Positions 27,006 to 38,877 of a DNA stretch of 64,000 nucleotides are shown one piece after another. The stretch is from positions 2,418,001-2,482,000 of the forward strand of contig CATNEN010000039.1 of NCBI GenBank assembly GCA_950097015.1. The letters are read 5' to 3'. This DNA is from Macrostomum hystrix (Eukaryota > Animalia > Platyhelminthes). The position numbers were made by a program, and so were the translations under genes. The stretch's first letter is position 1, and each line of letters begins with the position of its first letter. The notes under the pieces were generated by a model. That model made no database searches. It was not told the DNA's origin and worked only from the letters and a program-made list of their open reading frames with translations.

Positions 27006-30000
27006 GAGGTCACGCAGCGGCCAAGAAGCTGCAGGCTCACATAGTCGCCCTCGCCGGTGGCGAAGGCCACAGTGCAGCTGTAGGTGCCGGCAGCCTGCGG
27101 CCGAAACAGGAACGGATAATTTCCCGAGTTGCGCTGGTTCAGAGTGAACTTGGCCAGCGACTGTTTGCGCAAATAAAACGGCGGCTCCGGCTGCTGGGCC
27201 ACTCGCACAACCAGATCGAACTGGTTCTTGTTGACGCACAGCACCTTCTCGGTGGCCTCCTGGCCCGGCGCCAGCTGGGGAAACTCCAGGTGGCTAGAGC
27301 GCAGTTCGAAGCGCGACCGGTGCGAAGCCGCCAGCGACGGGGCGGTGGAGGCCAGGCTGTGACGCTGCCGAAGGGTGGGGCGAGGATTGCAGCGGTGAGT
27401 TACCTGAAACATCAGGCCAACCCACCCTGAAACATCAGGCCAACCCGCCCTGAAACATCAGGCCAACCCGCTCCGACCTGAAAAACACTATCAGAAGCAC
27501 CCCAGCCCACACCGCAGCCGGCACTCCAGAAGCAGTCGGCTCACCTGGTGCATTGTAGAAGCCAGCTGCAGTGTCTTGGAGGGACTCGGCATGCGGACAG
27601 CGGCTCCTCCGGAGCTGACAACGCATTCCAAGGCGTCCTCATCGATGTCGGCGCCGCCGCAGACGCCTGACGCGGACGGCTGCGGTGTCGGACAGTGAAC
27701 GGTCAGGCAGGCCGTGTGCAACTCCGACAGGCGGCGCAGCTCGGGGTCGGACAGCCGCAGTCGGCCGAGAGCCTCGCAGGCCTCCTGGCACACCGGGGAC
27801 TCGGAGCAGGCGGCGCCCAGCTGCGCCAGGCCGGCGCTGGTCACGGGCAGCAGGCGGCGAACTCGCAGGCAATTGGCCAGAGCGGCTGGCAGGCTGCGCA
27901 CCAGAACTGGCTTCTGATTGGCCAAGGTGGACTCGTCAGCTGACTTGGCCAGTTTGAACTCCGCATCGTCCGGCTTGAAGCCGTTGGCGCTGTCGGCGTT
28001 CGGGCCGAACAGATCTAGCTCGTCGTCGGCGTCGAAGATCAGCGATTGGCCCTGCATTAGAGTCGGGTCATACTACTAGAAGTAATGGATCTTTAATCTC
28101 ACTGAGACTATGAGTGCCACTGAGCAGCTATGGCTTGGTTGCTTAGCAACCTGATGGAAAAGGACTATACATTTTTGGAATGAGAGATTATATAGATCTT
28201 AAATATTTCTCACTTCGGATCTTAGATTCCAGATACAAGAGGAAAATGACAGATAAAAGAGCAACGCCGAAAGATCCCAGATGAAAGATCCCAGATGAAA
28301 TATCCCAGATGAAACATCCAAGATAAAATATCCTGGATGAAAGATCCCAGATAAAATATCCCAGATGAGAGATCCCAGATGAAATATCCCAGATGAAGCA
28401 TCACAGATGAAATATCCCAGATGAAAGATCCCAGATGAAAGATCCCAGATGAGAGATCCCAGATGAAGCATCACAGATGAAATATCCCAGATGAAAGATC
28501 CCAGATGAAATATCCCAGATGAAGCATCACAGATGAAATATCCCAGATGAAATATCCCAGATGAAGCATCACAGATAAAATATCCCAGATGAAAGATCCC
28601 AGATGAGAGATCCCAGATGAAGCATCACAGATAAAATATCCCAGATGAAAGATCCCAGATGAGAGATCCCAGATGAAGCATCACAGATGAAATATCCCAG
28701 ATGAAAGATCCCAGATGAAATATCCCAGATGAAGCATCACAGATGAAATATCCCAGATGAAAGATCCCAGATGAAATATCCCAGATGAAGCATCACAGAT
28801 GAAATATGCTAGATGAAAGATCCCAGATGAAAGATCCTAGATGAAAGATCCCAGATGAAGCATAACAGATGAAATATCCCAGATGAAAGATCCCAGATGA
28901 GAGATCCCAGATAAAACATCCCAGATGAAAGATCCCAGATAAAACATCCCAGATGAAATATCCCAGATGAAAGATCCCAGATGAAATATCCCAGATGAAG
29001 CATCACAGATAAAATATCCCAGATGAAAGATCCCAGATAAAAGATCCCAGATGAGAGATCCCAGATAAAACATCCCAGATGAAAGATCCCAGATGAAAGA
29101 TCCCAGATGAAAGAAAGACCCATTCCAGACAATGAGCCCACAGCTCACCTGTTTGAGCACCCCCTGCCTGGCTGGCTCGCCGTACCAGTAGAAGGCTGGC
29201 CAGCCGGTGTTGACCACGCCAAAGGCGGTGCGCATCGGCGCGAGCTGTGGCGCACCGCCCCAGCCAAGCAGGTGGACGTGGAAGTTGGCTCCCGGCAGGC
29301 GGACCAGCAATCTGGCCGTGTGCGGGCCGGGCTCGGAGTCTGGCGCGTAGGTCACGGAGACCGCGACCCTCCGACAGCCGGGCGGAAATTCCACCTGGCG
29401 CAGCCAGGACGGCTCCAATCGGAAGTTGGGATGCTTGAGCTCCAGCCTGGCGATGATGGGCGCCGACGGCTGCCCTGAAGGGCCAGAAGAGGCGGCCTGC
29501 TGCGGCACCAGCATCAGGTGCTGCGTGTGGCCCGTATCCATGGCAACGCCTGGCCAGACCAGGCGATTCACCGAGGCAGCCAGGGGAGGCGGCTCCGACG
29601 AGTAGCAACCGTCTACACTGCGCCTGACAGCCTGGTCTGGAAGTCAGGGCGCATCCGGGGCGTCTAATGTTATTTGAATATATCTGATGTCATTTGAATG
29701 TATCTAATGCCATTTGAATGTATCTGATGTCATTTGAATGTATCTAATGTCATTTGAATGTATCTGATGTCATTTGAATGTATCTAATGTCATTTGAATG
29801 TATCTAATGTAATTTGAATGTATCTAATGTTATTTGAATGTATCTGATGTTATTTGTATGTATCTATTGTCATTTGAATGTATCTGGTGTAATCCAGATT
29901 TTTGTGGTGTTATTTTAATATTTTAACAATATGTACCCGATGTTATCCAGGTGTGCCTAATGTCATAAAGATGTATCTGATGTAAACCAGGGTTGCCTGA

Positions 30001-33000
30001 TATCATTAATAAACGCGCACAGTAAATTAGTCAGAGGGCAATTTCTTAGAAAGCACTCACACAGCAGTCGTTGCTGCTGATCCACGTCGCCCCCAGACGA
30101 AGCAGAGGCCACCAGGGGCGCCGACAGCAGATCCCGATGATCCGGCGGCAGACGAATGGACAGGCGTCCAGTCAGCGGCTGATCGGCGAAGGTGGTCAGC
30201 GGTCGGCGGCACAGCAGACGCAGCGGGGCGAGGCTGTGGCCAGGTATGGTGAGCCGCAGGGTGTGACCGTTGGCATCGGTCGTGTCGAACGAGAAGGCGG
30301 CCCCCGCGGCCTGACTGTCGCAGGCCAAGATGGCCAGCACTGTGGCCGGCTCCGGGCTGAGGTTCTGCAGCTGAACCAGCTGGAGCTGCTGCTGCTGCTG
30401 CTGCTGCTTGCCAAGTTGAGAAGAATCCGATTGTGGCGCATTGAAGGTCACCTGGGTGAGGTGGTAACTTGCACTTAGCTGCGCTTCCCACCAAAAATAG
30501 GTGGGAAAATTGGGAAGAACATCCCTATGCTGATTGGGAAGAACATCCCCATGCTGATTGGGAAGAACATCCCTATGCTGATCGGGAAGAACATCCCCAT
30601 GCTGATTGGGAATAACATCCCTATGCTGATTGGGAATAACATACCCATGCTGATTGGGAATAACATCCCTATGCTGATTGGGAATAACATACCCATGCTG
30701 ATTGGTAAGAACATCCCCAGGCTGATTGGGAATAACATCCCCAGGCTGATTGGGAATAACATCCCCATGCTGATTTTATCGATGGGACAAACATGCATGG
30801 ATAGGAATCAGTTTTGAAAGCTTTCCGACTTCGACAGGTGGATGCGCAAATAAGCACTTACCTGTCCTCCATTCGGAGTCACCAGCCGCAGGCCCAAGCC
30901 GCCAGCTTCCAGGCTGACTGTGCGGCTGCAGGCGAACAGACCGGCTGTCTGTGCGGCCGCCTGCACCACCACCTCGGCCAGGTAGAAGCCGCTTCGCCTT
31001 GGGGCGAATTTCACCAGGGCCGGCTTGGCGCACCTGGGATCCAGGCTCAGGCGGGGAGTCAGGGCGAACGGGATCTGGTCGCCTGACAGAGTGACAAACC
31101 GATTGCCCACTTGCTCGGCGCAGTAGGCCAAGCTAATTGACAGCTCGACGCGCTGGTCGCAGCAGCTAGTTAGGAGCAGCTCGGCTGTGTGGCAGGAGCC
31201 TACCGGGACCTGGTCGGGCAGCGCCAGGCGGTTGGGGCACAAGAATGGCGCGCCTTGGCTGCGGTTTGAGGGGGTGGCGAAACAGCTGACAGGTAGTTGG
31301 GAAAAGCTGACAGATTGAAAGGAATAGCTGACAGGTAGTAGGGAACAGCTGACAGATTATAGGGAACAGCTGACAGATTATAGGGAACAGCTGAAAGATT
31401 ATAGGGAACAGCTGACAGATTGCAGGGAACAGCTGACAGATTGCTGGGAACAGCTGATAGATTGAAGGGAACAGCTGACAGATTGCGGGGAACAGCTGAC
31501 AGATTATAGGGAACAGCTGACAGATTGCAGGGAACAGCTGACAGATTGCAGGGAACAGCTGACAGATTGCAGGGAACAGCTGACAGGTAGTAGAGAACAG
31601 CTGACAGATTGCAGGGAACAGCTGACAGATTGTAGAGAACAGCTGACAGGTAGTAGAGAACAGCTGACAGGTAGTAGGGAACAGCTGACAGATTGCAGGG
31701 AACAGCTGACAGATTGCAGGGAACAGCTGACAGATTGCAGGGAACAGCTGACAGATTGAAAGGAAAGGCAAGACAAACCTGGCTGAGGCCAGAGGCCGTT
31801 GCTGCTGCATCAACGCGGCTGTCCTGGGAATCGGCGTTGATCGCATGAAGGATTCCTTTAAATTAAAGCTGGGCTCCCCGGCCGTGGCGTCCAGCAGAAG
31901 CGGCATTGGAAATGGCCGCCGTGGGGTCGGCTGCGGCAAGAAATTCTCTTTCTGCTCAGCGGCGGCCTCCTTAGCTTCAGCGACACCTCTGGACTCGACA
32001 GACGCCGCCGACAGGCCCTTGTTGCGATGCAGCTCCCTGGCCAGACGCATGGCGCGCTCCGCTCGAGTTGAAGAATTTCCATCGACAAGTGCAGCCCCCG
32101 CAGCCGCAGCCGAGGAGGACGATGACGTGGTCGATGCGGCGGCAGTGGCGGCTGCGGCTGACGGACCAGTCGACAGGCGATCAACGGCGCCCAGAATGGC
32201 GCTGAGCTCGAAAACCGATGTTTGCAGCTGGGAGCCGCCGCAGTCACCACCGGCTTCGTCTTCGTCATCAACTTCGTCGGCGTCGTAATCGAAACGATGA
32301 TCGTCCAACTCGACGCTGTCCTCCGCCGAGCGCTGACGCTGGCGTCGATGGCGCAGCTCGGCTACGCGCGGATGCCGAGGCCGAGGCGGAGGCGGCGACG
32401 GAGCAGCGGCAGCAGCGCCAGCGTCCTCTTCTAGGGGCTCTTCGCGAATGTAACTGAGCTCGCTGCGGTTGACCAGACACGCTGAAGCCAGGCGCTGCTG
32501 CTGCTGCTGCTGCTGCTGCACTTCTGGTTGGCAGCTCGCCTTCTCGGCGAACATTCGGTCCATGTCGGAGCAGGCGCTGCGACCGCCGGATAAGTCGCTG
32601 GCCTGCAAATTCAATACTCAATAGGAAGTGACAAGAAAAAAAGCTCGTACTAGAAAAGTAATAATAATAATACCTGCTGGAGGGCTGCAGGCAATGGCAC
32701 ATTTTGTGACACTAGACCCCCAGGAAGGCAATTCTGCCCATTTCGCTGACTCCAGATACAGTACGCAGGTACACACTCACAGCTGTGTACATCTGCCCTG
32801 ACTTTCTCATCGTCAGGCAGTGAACACTTTCATAACAAAACAAGCCTCAAAGCCTTCTCTCCGCGGCTGCGCCCCAAATGAATGTGGCCTCGCCCCAGAA
32901 TCGAGCTCAGGGACCTTGGTGCGAGAGGTAAACGCGTTTGACCGCTCTGCCAGTCACTTCCGGGGATATTGAGATAGAGGTGAAAAAGATGAGATAAAGG

Positions 33001-33515
33001 GAAATCTTGTGAAAAAGGGAAGGATATTTAAACAGAATGGGAAAATAATGTCAAAAAGCTCAATGGGTCACCTGCAGCTGTTGAATTGACCGCAGGTCGT
33101 CAACCAGGGTGGCAGAGGCGTTAGCCAGGAGCTGCTCTTGCAGGTTGGAAGCAGCAGCCTCATCCTCCATGTTGCTGAGCAGGCTGAGAAACCGGGACGG
33201 ATTTCCCACGGGGAACAGAGGGAAGGAGTTGCCGCAGCGGCTGCTGCGTGCAGCCTCAGCTTCAACGCCCGCATTCGGAGCTTCATCATCGTCGAGAGCT
33301 GTCAAACTGTCAATGCTGTCATCATTGTCATCGTCTTTCGAGGCGGCGGCGGCTGTGGTTGCCAACGAGCCGCCAACAAAGTCTGGCAGGCCGGCAAGCC
33401 AATCGTTGACCTTCAAAGATGGCGGCCGTCGGCGTCGGGCCGAAGAAAATTCTTCGCCCGCGGCAGCGAACGCTCCGCCGCTAGATGGCTGCAGCTGCTG
33501 ATATTGCTGGTCCGT
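26999..33515 (-). CDS. CEP192: Centrosomal protein CEP192/SPD-2 homolog (ASH/SPD-2 Ig-like domains), spliced
   Basis: Phase-consistent GT-AG exons: 33515-33072, 32602-31779, 31258-30862, 30451-30061, 29636-29149, 28051-27545, ~27403-26999 (last acceptor uncertain). SPD-2-domain motifs LVWPGV..QHLML, VSVTYAP, FHVHLLGWGG, VNTG; C-terminal ASH domain EPPFY..YPFLFRPQAAGTY..TGEG..LQLLG resembles the recalled vertebrate CEP192 C-terminus. Confidence 0.85.
28271..29112. repeat. 14-bp intronic minisatellite (GATCCCAGATGAAA)n
   Basis: Fills CEP192 intron 5; one base different from the 25.4-26.1 kb unit. Confidence 0.94.
29663..29890. repeat. 20-bp intronic minisatellite (GTCATTTGAATGTATCTAAT)n
   Basis: CEP192 intron 4. 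Confidence 0.92.
30510..30775. repeat. 24-bp intronic minisatellite (CATCCCTATGCTGATTGGGAAGAA)n
   Basis: CEP192 intron 3. Confidence 0.93.
31281..31760. repeat. 21-bp intronic minisatellite (GGGAACAGCTGACAGATTGCA)n
   Basis: Fills almost all of CEP192 intron 2 (31259-31778). Confidence 0.94.
32659..32964 (-). mobile_element. tRNA-derived SINE, family A, copy 2 (CEP192 intron 1)
   Basis: Shares AGGCAATTCTGCCCATTTCGCTGACTCC, GTGTACATCTGCCCTGACTTTCTCATCGTCAGGCAGTG, GCCTTCTCTCCGCGGCTGCGCCCCAAAT and the (TAA)n tail with copy 1. Confidence 0.88.
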
Positions 33516-33762
33516 CTGTAAGGAAAAAATAAATTTAGCATAGAAAAAATACGCACGCCTACTTGAAGTAGACAGATGCTGAACAAAATCTTAAATGACT
33601 AGGACTACTCAGCGTTGGGAATCACATTTGCGGCATTCACTAGCCTAAGCCGCAGCAATTGAGCTATGAATATGGAATGTAGCATCTGGAGCTGAAGCAT
33701 CTTAAAGCAGAATGAATTCTATACATTTAAGATACGATTGTGTCTAACTTGAATGGATTTTT

Positions 33763-34760
33763 CGGGGAGGGGTTTAGCGGGGAGGGTGTTTAGCGGGGAG
33801 GGTGTTTAGCGTGGAGGGGTTTATTGAGGAGGGTGTTTAGCGTGGAGGTGTTTAGCGTGGAGGGGTTTAGACGGGAGGGTGTTTAGCGGGGAGGGTGTTT
33901 AGCGGGGAGGGTGTTTAGCGTGGAGGGGTTTAGTGAGGAGGGTGTTTAGCGTGGAGGTGTTTAGCGTAGAGGGGTTTAGCGGGGAGGGTGTTTAGCGGGG
34001 AGGGTGTTTAGCGTGGAGGTGTTTTGCGTGGAGGGGTTTAGACGGGAGGGTGTTTAGCGGGGAGGGTGTTTAGCAGGGAGGGTGTTTAGCGGGGAGGGGT
34101 TTAGTGAGGAGGGTGTTTAGCGGGGAGGGTGTTTAGCGGGGAGGGTGTTTAGCGGGGAGGGTGTTTAGCGGGGAGGGTGTTTAGCGGGGAGGGTGTTTAG
34201 CGTGGAGGGGTTTAGTGAGGAGGGTGTTTAGCGTGGAGGTGTTTTGCGTGGAGGGGTTTAGCGTGGAGGGGTTTAGACGGGAGGGTGTTTAGCGGGGAGG
34301 GTGTTTAGCGGGGAGGGTGTTTAGCGGGGAGGGTGTTTAGCGTGGAGGGGTTTAGTGAGGAGGGTGTTTAGCGTGGAGGTGTTTTGCGTGGAGGGGTTTA
34401 GCGTGGAGGGGTTTAGACGGGAGGGTGTTTAGCGTGGAGGTGTTTTGCGTGGAGGGGTTTAGACGGGAGGGTGTTTAGCGGGGAGGGTGTTTAGCAGGGA
34501 GGGTGTTTAGCGGGAAGGGGTTTAGTGAGGAGGGTGTTTAGCGGGGAGGGTGTTTAGCGGGGAGGGTGTTTAGCGGGGAGGGTGTTTAGCGGGGAGGGTG
34601 TTTAGCGTGGAGGGGTTTAGTGAGGAGGGTGTTTAGCGTGGAGGTGTTTTGCGTGGAGGGGTTTAGCGTGGAGGGGTTTAGACGGGAGGGTGTTTAGCGG
34701 GGAGGGTGTTTAGCGGGGAGGGTGTTTAGCGGGGAGGGTGTTTAGCGGGGAGGGGTTTAG
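33763..34760 (+). repeat. 15/16-bp G-rich minisatellite (GGGGAGGGTGTTTAGC)n
   Basis: About 1 kb, strongly G-skewed. Confidence 0.95.
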
Positions 34761-36117
34761 CTCGAAGGGAAGTCTCTCTTTTTTTTAATTCAGAGCTTAA
34801 TGCAAGAGCATCAAGCATAAAATTTAAAGAAATAAGAAAGTTAACAATAATAAATTTAAAAAATGTCTTGCTTTTATTGCCCAGCATTTGGACGGGTTTA
34901 AAGGGAACAATGCAGAATATGGTAAAAAATAGACACCTTTAATGACCAGATCAATTCGAAGACGCGCATTATATACTAGTGACAAGTAAAACAATCAGAC
35001 AAAATCAAGACTCATCCGCTTAAAATCAAATGCAAAATAAAATATTCAAAGGTTTAATCATTGGCAGTGGTAGGAATGCTTGAGGAATAACAAAATGTAG
35101 GCTTTGTCTGAAACTGACTTTGTAGAGTGTACTGTAGACAATACAGTATCATCACGCAATGCACAACTAGATAAAAGTTTTCCGTAAAAATCGATAAAAT
35201 CTTATTCAACTCAAACAGTGCTAATAAACCTGAAATAACTCGTATTGATTCTTATGTGAGGCATATTGAATCGCCGCTAATCCTTCTTGATGTCCGCTAA
35301 TCCATATTGGATCTCTGCTAATCAGTTTTTAACTTCCCTAAGAAATATTTTAATATATGTTAATCCATCGCTTATTACTGCTCATCCGCTTTTTCTATTT
35401 CTGCTAATCCGTCTTAAAATTTCGCTAGTCTGCTTTGAACTTCCGCTAATCCATATTAATACTCGTTAATCCACCTTGGATCTTTGCTAATCCGTTTCGA
35501 ACTTCCGTTTCGAATCCATGGCAGATTACTGCGAATCCATTTTTCTAATCCGTCTGTGCTAATCCGTCTTAAAATTCCTTTACCTCCAGATCGCCCCGAA
35601 CCTTGACGCACCGCAGCTAAAAAAAGAATGCAAAAAATCAACTCTTATTAATAAAAAAGTAAAACACATATTTGATAAACGCATCAATAACAAAGCGAAT
35701 TAAACTCTGACGCAATAAAAGTACTAAATTGCTTCAAAGCAGCACCGCTAATGATATCTTGATATCATTGATAATAATATTTACATCGGATTGTAGAAAC
35801 TCATCGAAAAAATCTGGAATGATTATAATAAATAAAAATAAAATTTCATATTGGAAAAAGTGACAAGAAACACTAAACAGCGAAAACATTTGAAGACACA
35901 AAAAAGAGTTAGAATATCAATTGACAAAATGAAATAACTTTATGGCTCGATGACTAAATATCATGCCACCATGGGGATAAGACATGGTAAGATAACAAGC
36001 ATATTATCCCATCTAAGGGGTCGGAAAAGTGAAGTTTTGTTCCTCTAGTTTGAATAGTCTATGGCCGTCTGGCAAAAGCCAGATAACCAAATTCAGGCAC
36101 TAGCCAGCCAATCAGAG

Positions 36118-38877
36118 TCAAGCATTAGCCAGCCAATCAGAGGGCACCCAGCGTCCCGCAGTTTCGGCGGCATGCAGTGCCTGCAGCAGGCGACGCATAG
36201 CAACGTCTAGGTTGCCAGCAGGTAGGCTCAAATCGCACAGCGGCCGATAGAGCCGCAGGGACTCCTCGGCGGCGACAGTCGAATCGGCATCGGGGCTGGG
36301 CTCTGGGCGGCAGTAGGCGATAAAGGGCTTATAACGAGAGCAGCGCAGGCGCTGAATGGTGTCGCATTCGCAGGTCAGCAGGGCAGTCTTGGATTTCGAA
36401 GCAGCGGCGGCGGCTACGGCGGCGTCCAGGGCGTCATAGCGAAGGCCGCTGAATTCGCCGCTGTCAGAGCAGCGGGCCAGCTCCAGCAGTTCGCCAGCTA
36501 GATGAGCTCGCCGGAGATCGTCTCGGCGTCGTCGACCTCCTCGACTGTCGCCGTCGTCCTGGCGAGCGACAACGGCGAAACGGTCGGGCAGGCGGTCGGC
36601 TAGACGGCGTTGAAGCCGACGACGCCCTGAGCCAGACGGGCCCGTCAGGGCCAGACAGGCGACTAGCTGGGGCCGGATGCGCGACACCGGCTCGTAGTAG
36701 GCCGGGGGTGGTGATCGCAGCTGCCGCTGTACCAGCTGGGACTTTTGCTGCTGCTGCAGTTGCTGACGGCTGGAAACTGGAAACTGGTTGGCCGATGCTG
36801 AACGGGTCAGCACTGCCGCAGTGCGACGCGCGCCCACGCCTTGAAGGTAAAATTAAACAAGTCCTTAAGCAAAAAAGAGAATTGTTGTGGTATTTCACCT
36901 GACAAGTACAAGTGTGATTTCACTGCCTAATATAAGTAGCTGGTCAGATGCTCATAAAAAACACCAAACCCTTTCGCCACTTACCCCCCGCTGTTCCGCC
37001 CGAGACAGCCGCCGGCGGAGCGCTCAGTCGGCGCATCTCTTCGTCAATGAGTCGGGCAGTCTGCAGCGATGGCACCAGACCCCACGGCGCAGCGCCCTCT
37101 CCATTGTTCTCGTCTTCTACTCGGCTTAGCGAGGCCGGCCGGGCCAGCCAGTACTCGGCAGCAGTGGCGCCTTCGCTGTCGCCGAATTTGCCAGCAATGA
37201 GCACCTGAAGCACGTCGCCGCAGACGAAAGCCAGGCCCTCCGGGGCAGCTTCTTGGCGACGCGACATCAGGCGACGCCGCCGTCGGCCCAGCCGATCATC
37301 CTGCTCGGGCCTGTAGTTGAAGCAGGCTCTCAAATGTAGACGTCGATTCTGCTGCATAGACGGAGACAGAGGCCGCGGCGCAGGCGGCGGCGGAGGCGGC
37401 GTCAGCAGGCCGAAGGTGACGGTGCCGCTGAGCTGGCGAAGCATTCGGTGCAGAGCTTCCGGGGTTTCAACAGGCTGCTCGTTGACCTCGGCGATGAGGT
37501 CGCCGGAGCGAAGAATACCCTGCCTGTCAAGCTGGCCGCCAGACTGGATTTCATCGACTGCCAGCAGCCAACAGCGGCCGCCTGGCAGGCCGGGGACTCG
37601 GACCCGGCTGGCTGTGAGTCCGAGCGATTCGCCAGCGCTTTTGTAAATGCTCACCTGGAATAAGATGCCATTGTGATGAGATACTTTTCTTTATACTCAG
37701 TGAGCGTTTTAGTTAGTATTTTACTGCTAAAACCGGAAGCTTAGCCAGAAATCTTACTCATCCCAGAGCAGACTTTGAGCACTCAATCTCCAGACATCCC
37801 AGAGCAGACTTTGAGCACTCAATCTCCAGACATCATAGATTTCCACAGCTGAAGGAGCATATAAAAATATTTCGAGGCCAAGGCCAGCTTGCACTCACCT
37901 GCCGGTCAGCCGCAACAAAAGTCTCCGCGCCAGCTGACCAATTAGTGTCCGCCCCAGCTGTCGCATTGGCCTCGGCTGGCGCGGCCGCAGTCGAAGGTGC
38001 GGCTGGCGTTGATAAAATCAGCGATGCCTGATGCTGCGGCGGCGATGCACACACGGAGCCTGGGGGCGGCAGGCCGGCGTAGCTGACCCGTTTGACACGG
38101 GCCGCGGAGGCCTGAGAGCCTGGTTGTCTGATGGCCACGGAAGCCGTTGAGAGGCTTGGCTGCTGCTGCTGCTGCTGCTGTTGAAGCTGAGCCGGCAGAG
38201 ATGAGATCAGAACAGATGAGCTAGCGACTGCAGTATCCTCAGCAACGGAAGTCTTTGGAGAAGCCGATGCAATGATTGAGTCCATTGTGGTGAGCAGGCC
38301 AGCAATGAAAGGCTGGGAAAGCAGCTCGGACAGCTCACACAAATCTGTGCTGTTCGCGCTGTGTTGTAACGATTCCTGTGATGTAAGACTGCTTGGTTTA
38401 TATGCACTGCTGGATCCTTTAATTATAGTTAAGAATAACATTTTCAAGGCAAACATTTACCTGGACCTCATGCAACAGGTGCGCTGCAGATTCAGAACTT
38501 GCAGCTTGGGCAGCGTTAGCAATGACAGCTGACAATGATGCAGTTTCGAGTAGTTCAACAATTTGACACACAGCAGCAACAGGACCTCTGGGAGTCAGGA
38601 AAGTGTCGAGAAAGTGCAGATCCTCTAACAACCGAGTTGGGAATCGCTTTAGGCTAGCGTGCACAATGGACAGAGGAGAATCGTGGGGACCTGTGAGAAT
38701 ACGGCTGATAACTGTGTCCTCGGTGCTATAACTCGAGCTGGTGCTGTTGCTATCACCGCTGCTGCTGCTGAGGTCACTGCTACTGCTGCTGTCATCAGTC
38801 TCACTTTCATTGCTGTCTGTATTGTCAGAATCCAAGGCAGAATTGCCCACTGCAGCTAAATTCACTACCTGACTCAT
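36118..38877 (-). CDS. MAGUK p55 subfamily (MPP-like) scaffold: L27-L27-PDZ-SH3-GK
   Basis: Exons 38877-38461, 38375-37899, 37654-36985, 36839-36118 (phases match). L27 (EDLHFL; ELSELLSQPFIAGLLTTMDSI), PDZ (ESLGLT..GQLDRQGILRSGDLIAEVN), SH3 (LRACFNYRPEQD..GLAF..GDVLQV..YW.A..GLVPS), divergent GK (YEPV..LTGPSGSGR..W VP..W). Confidence 0.88.
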
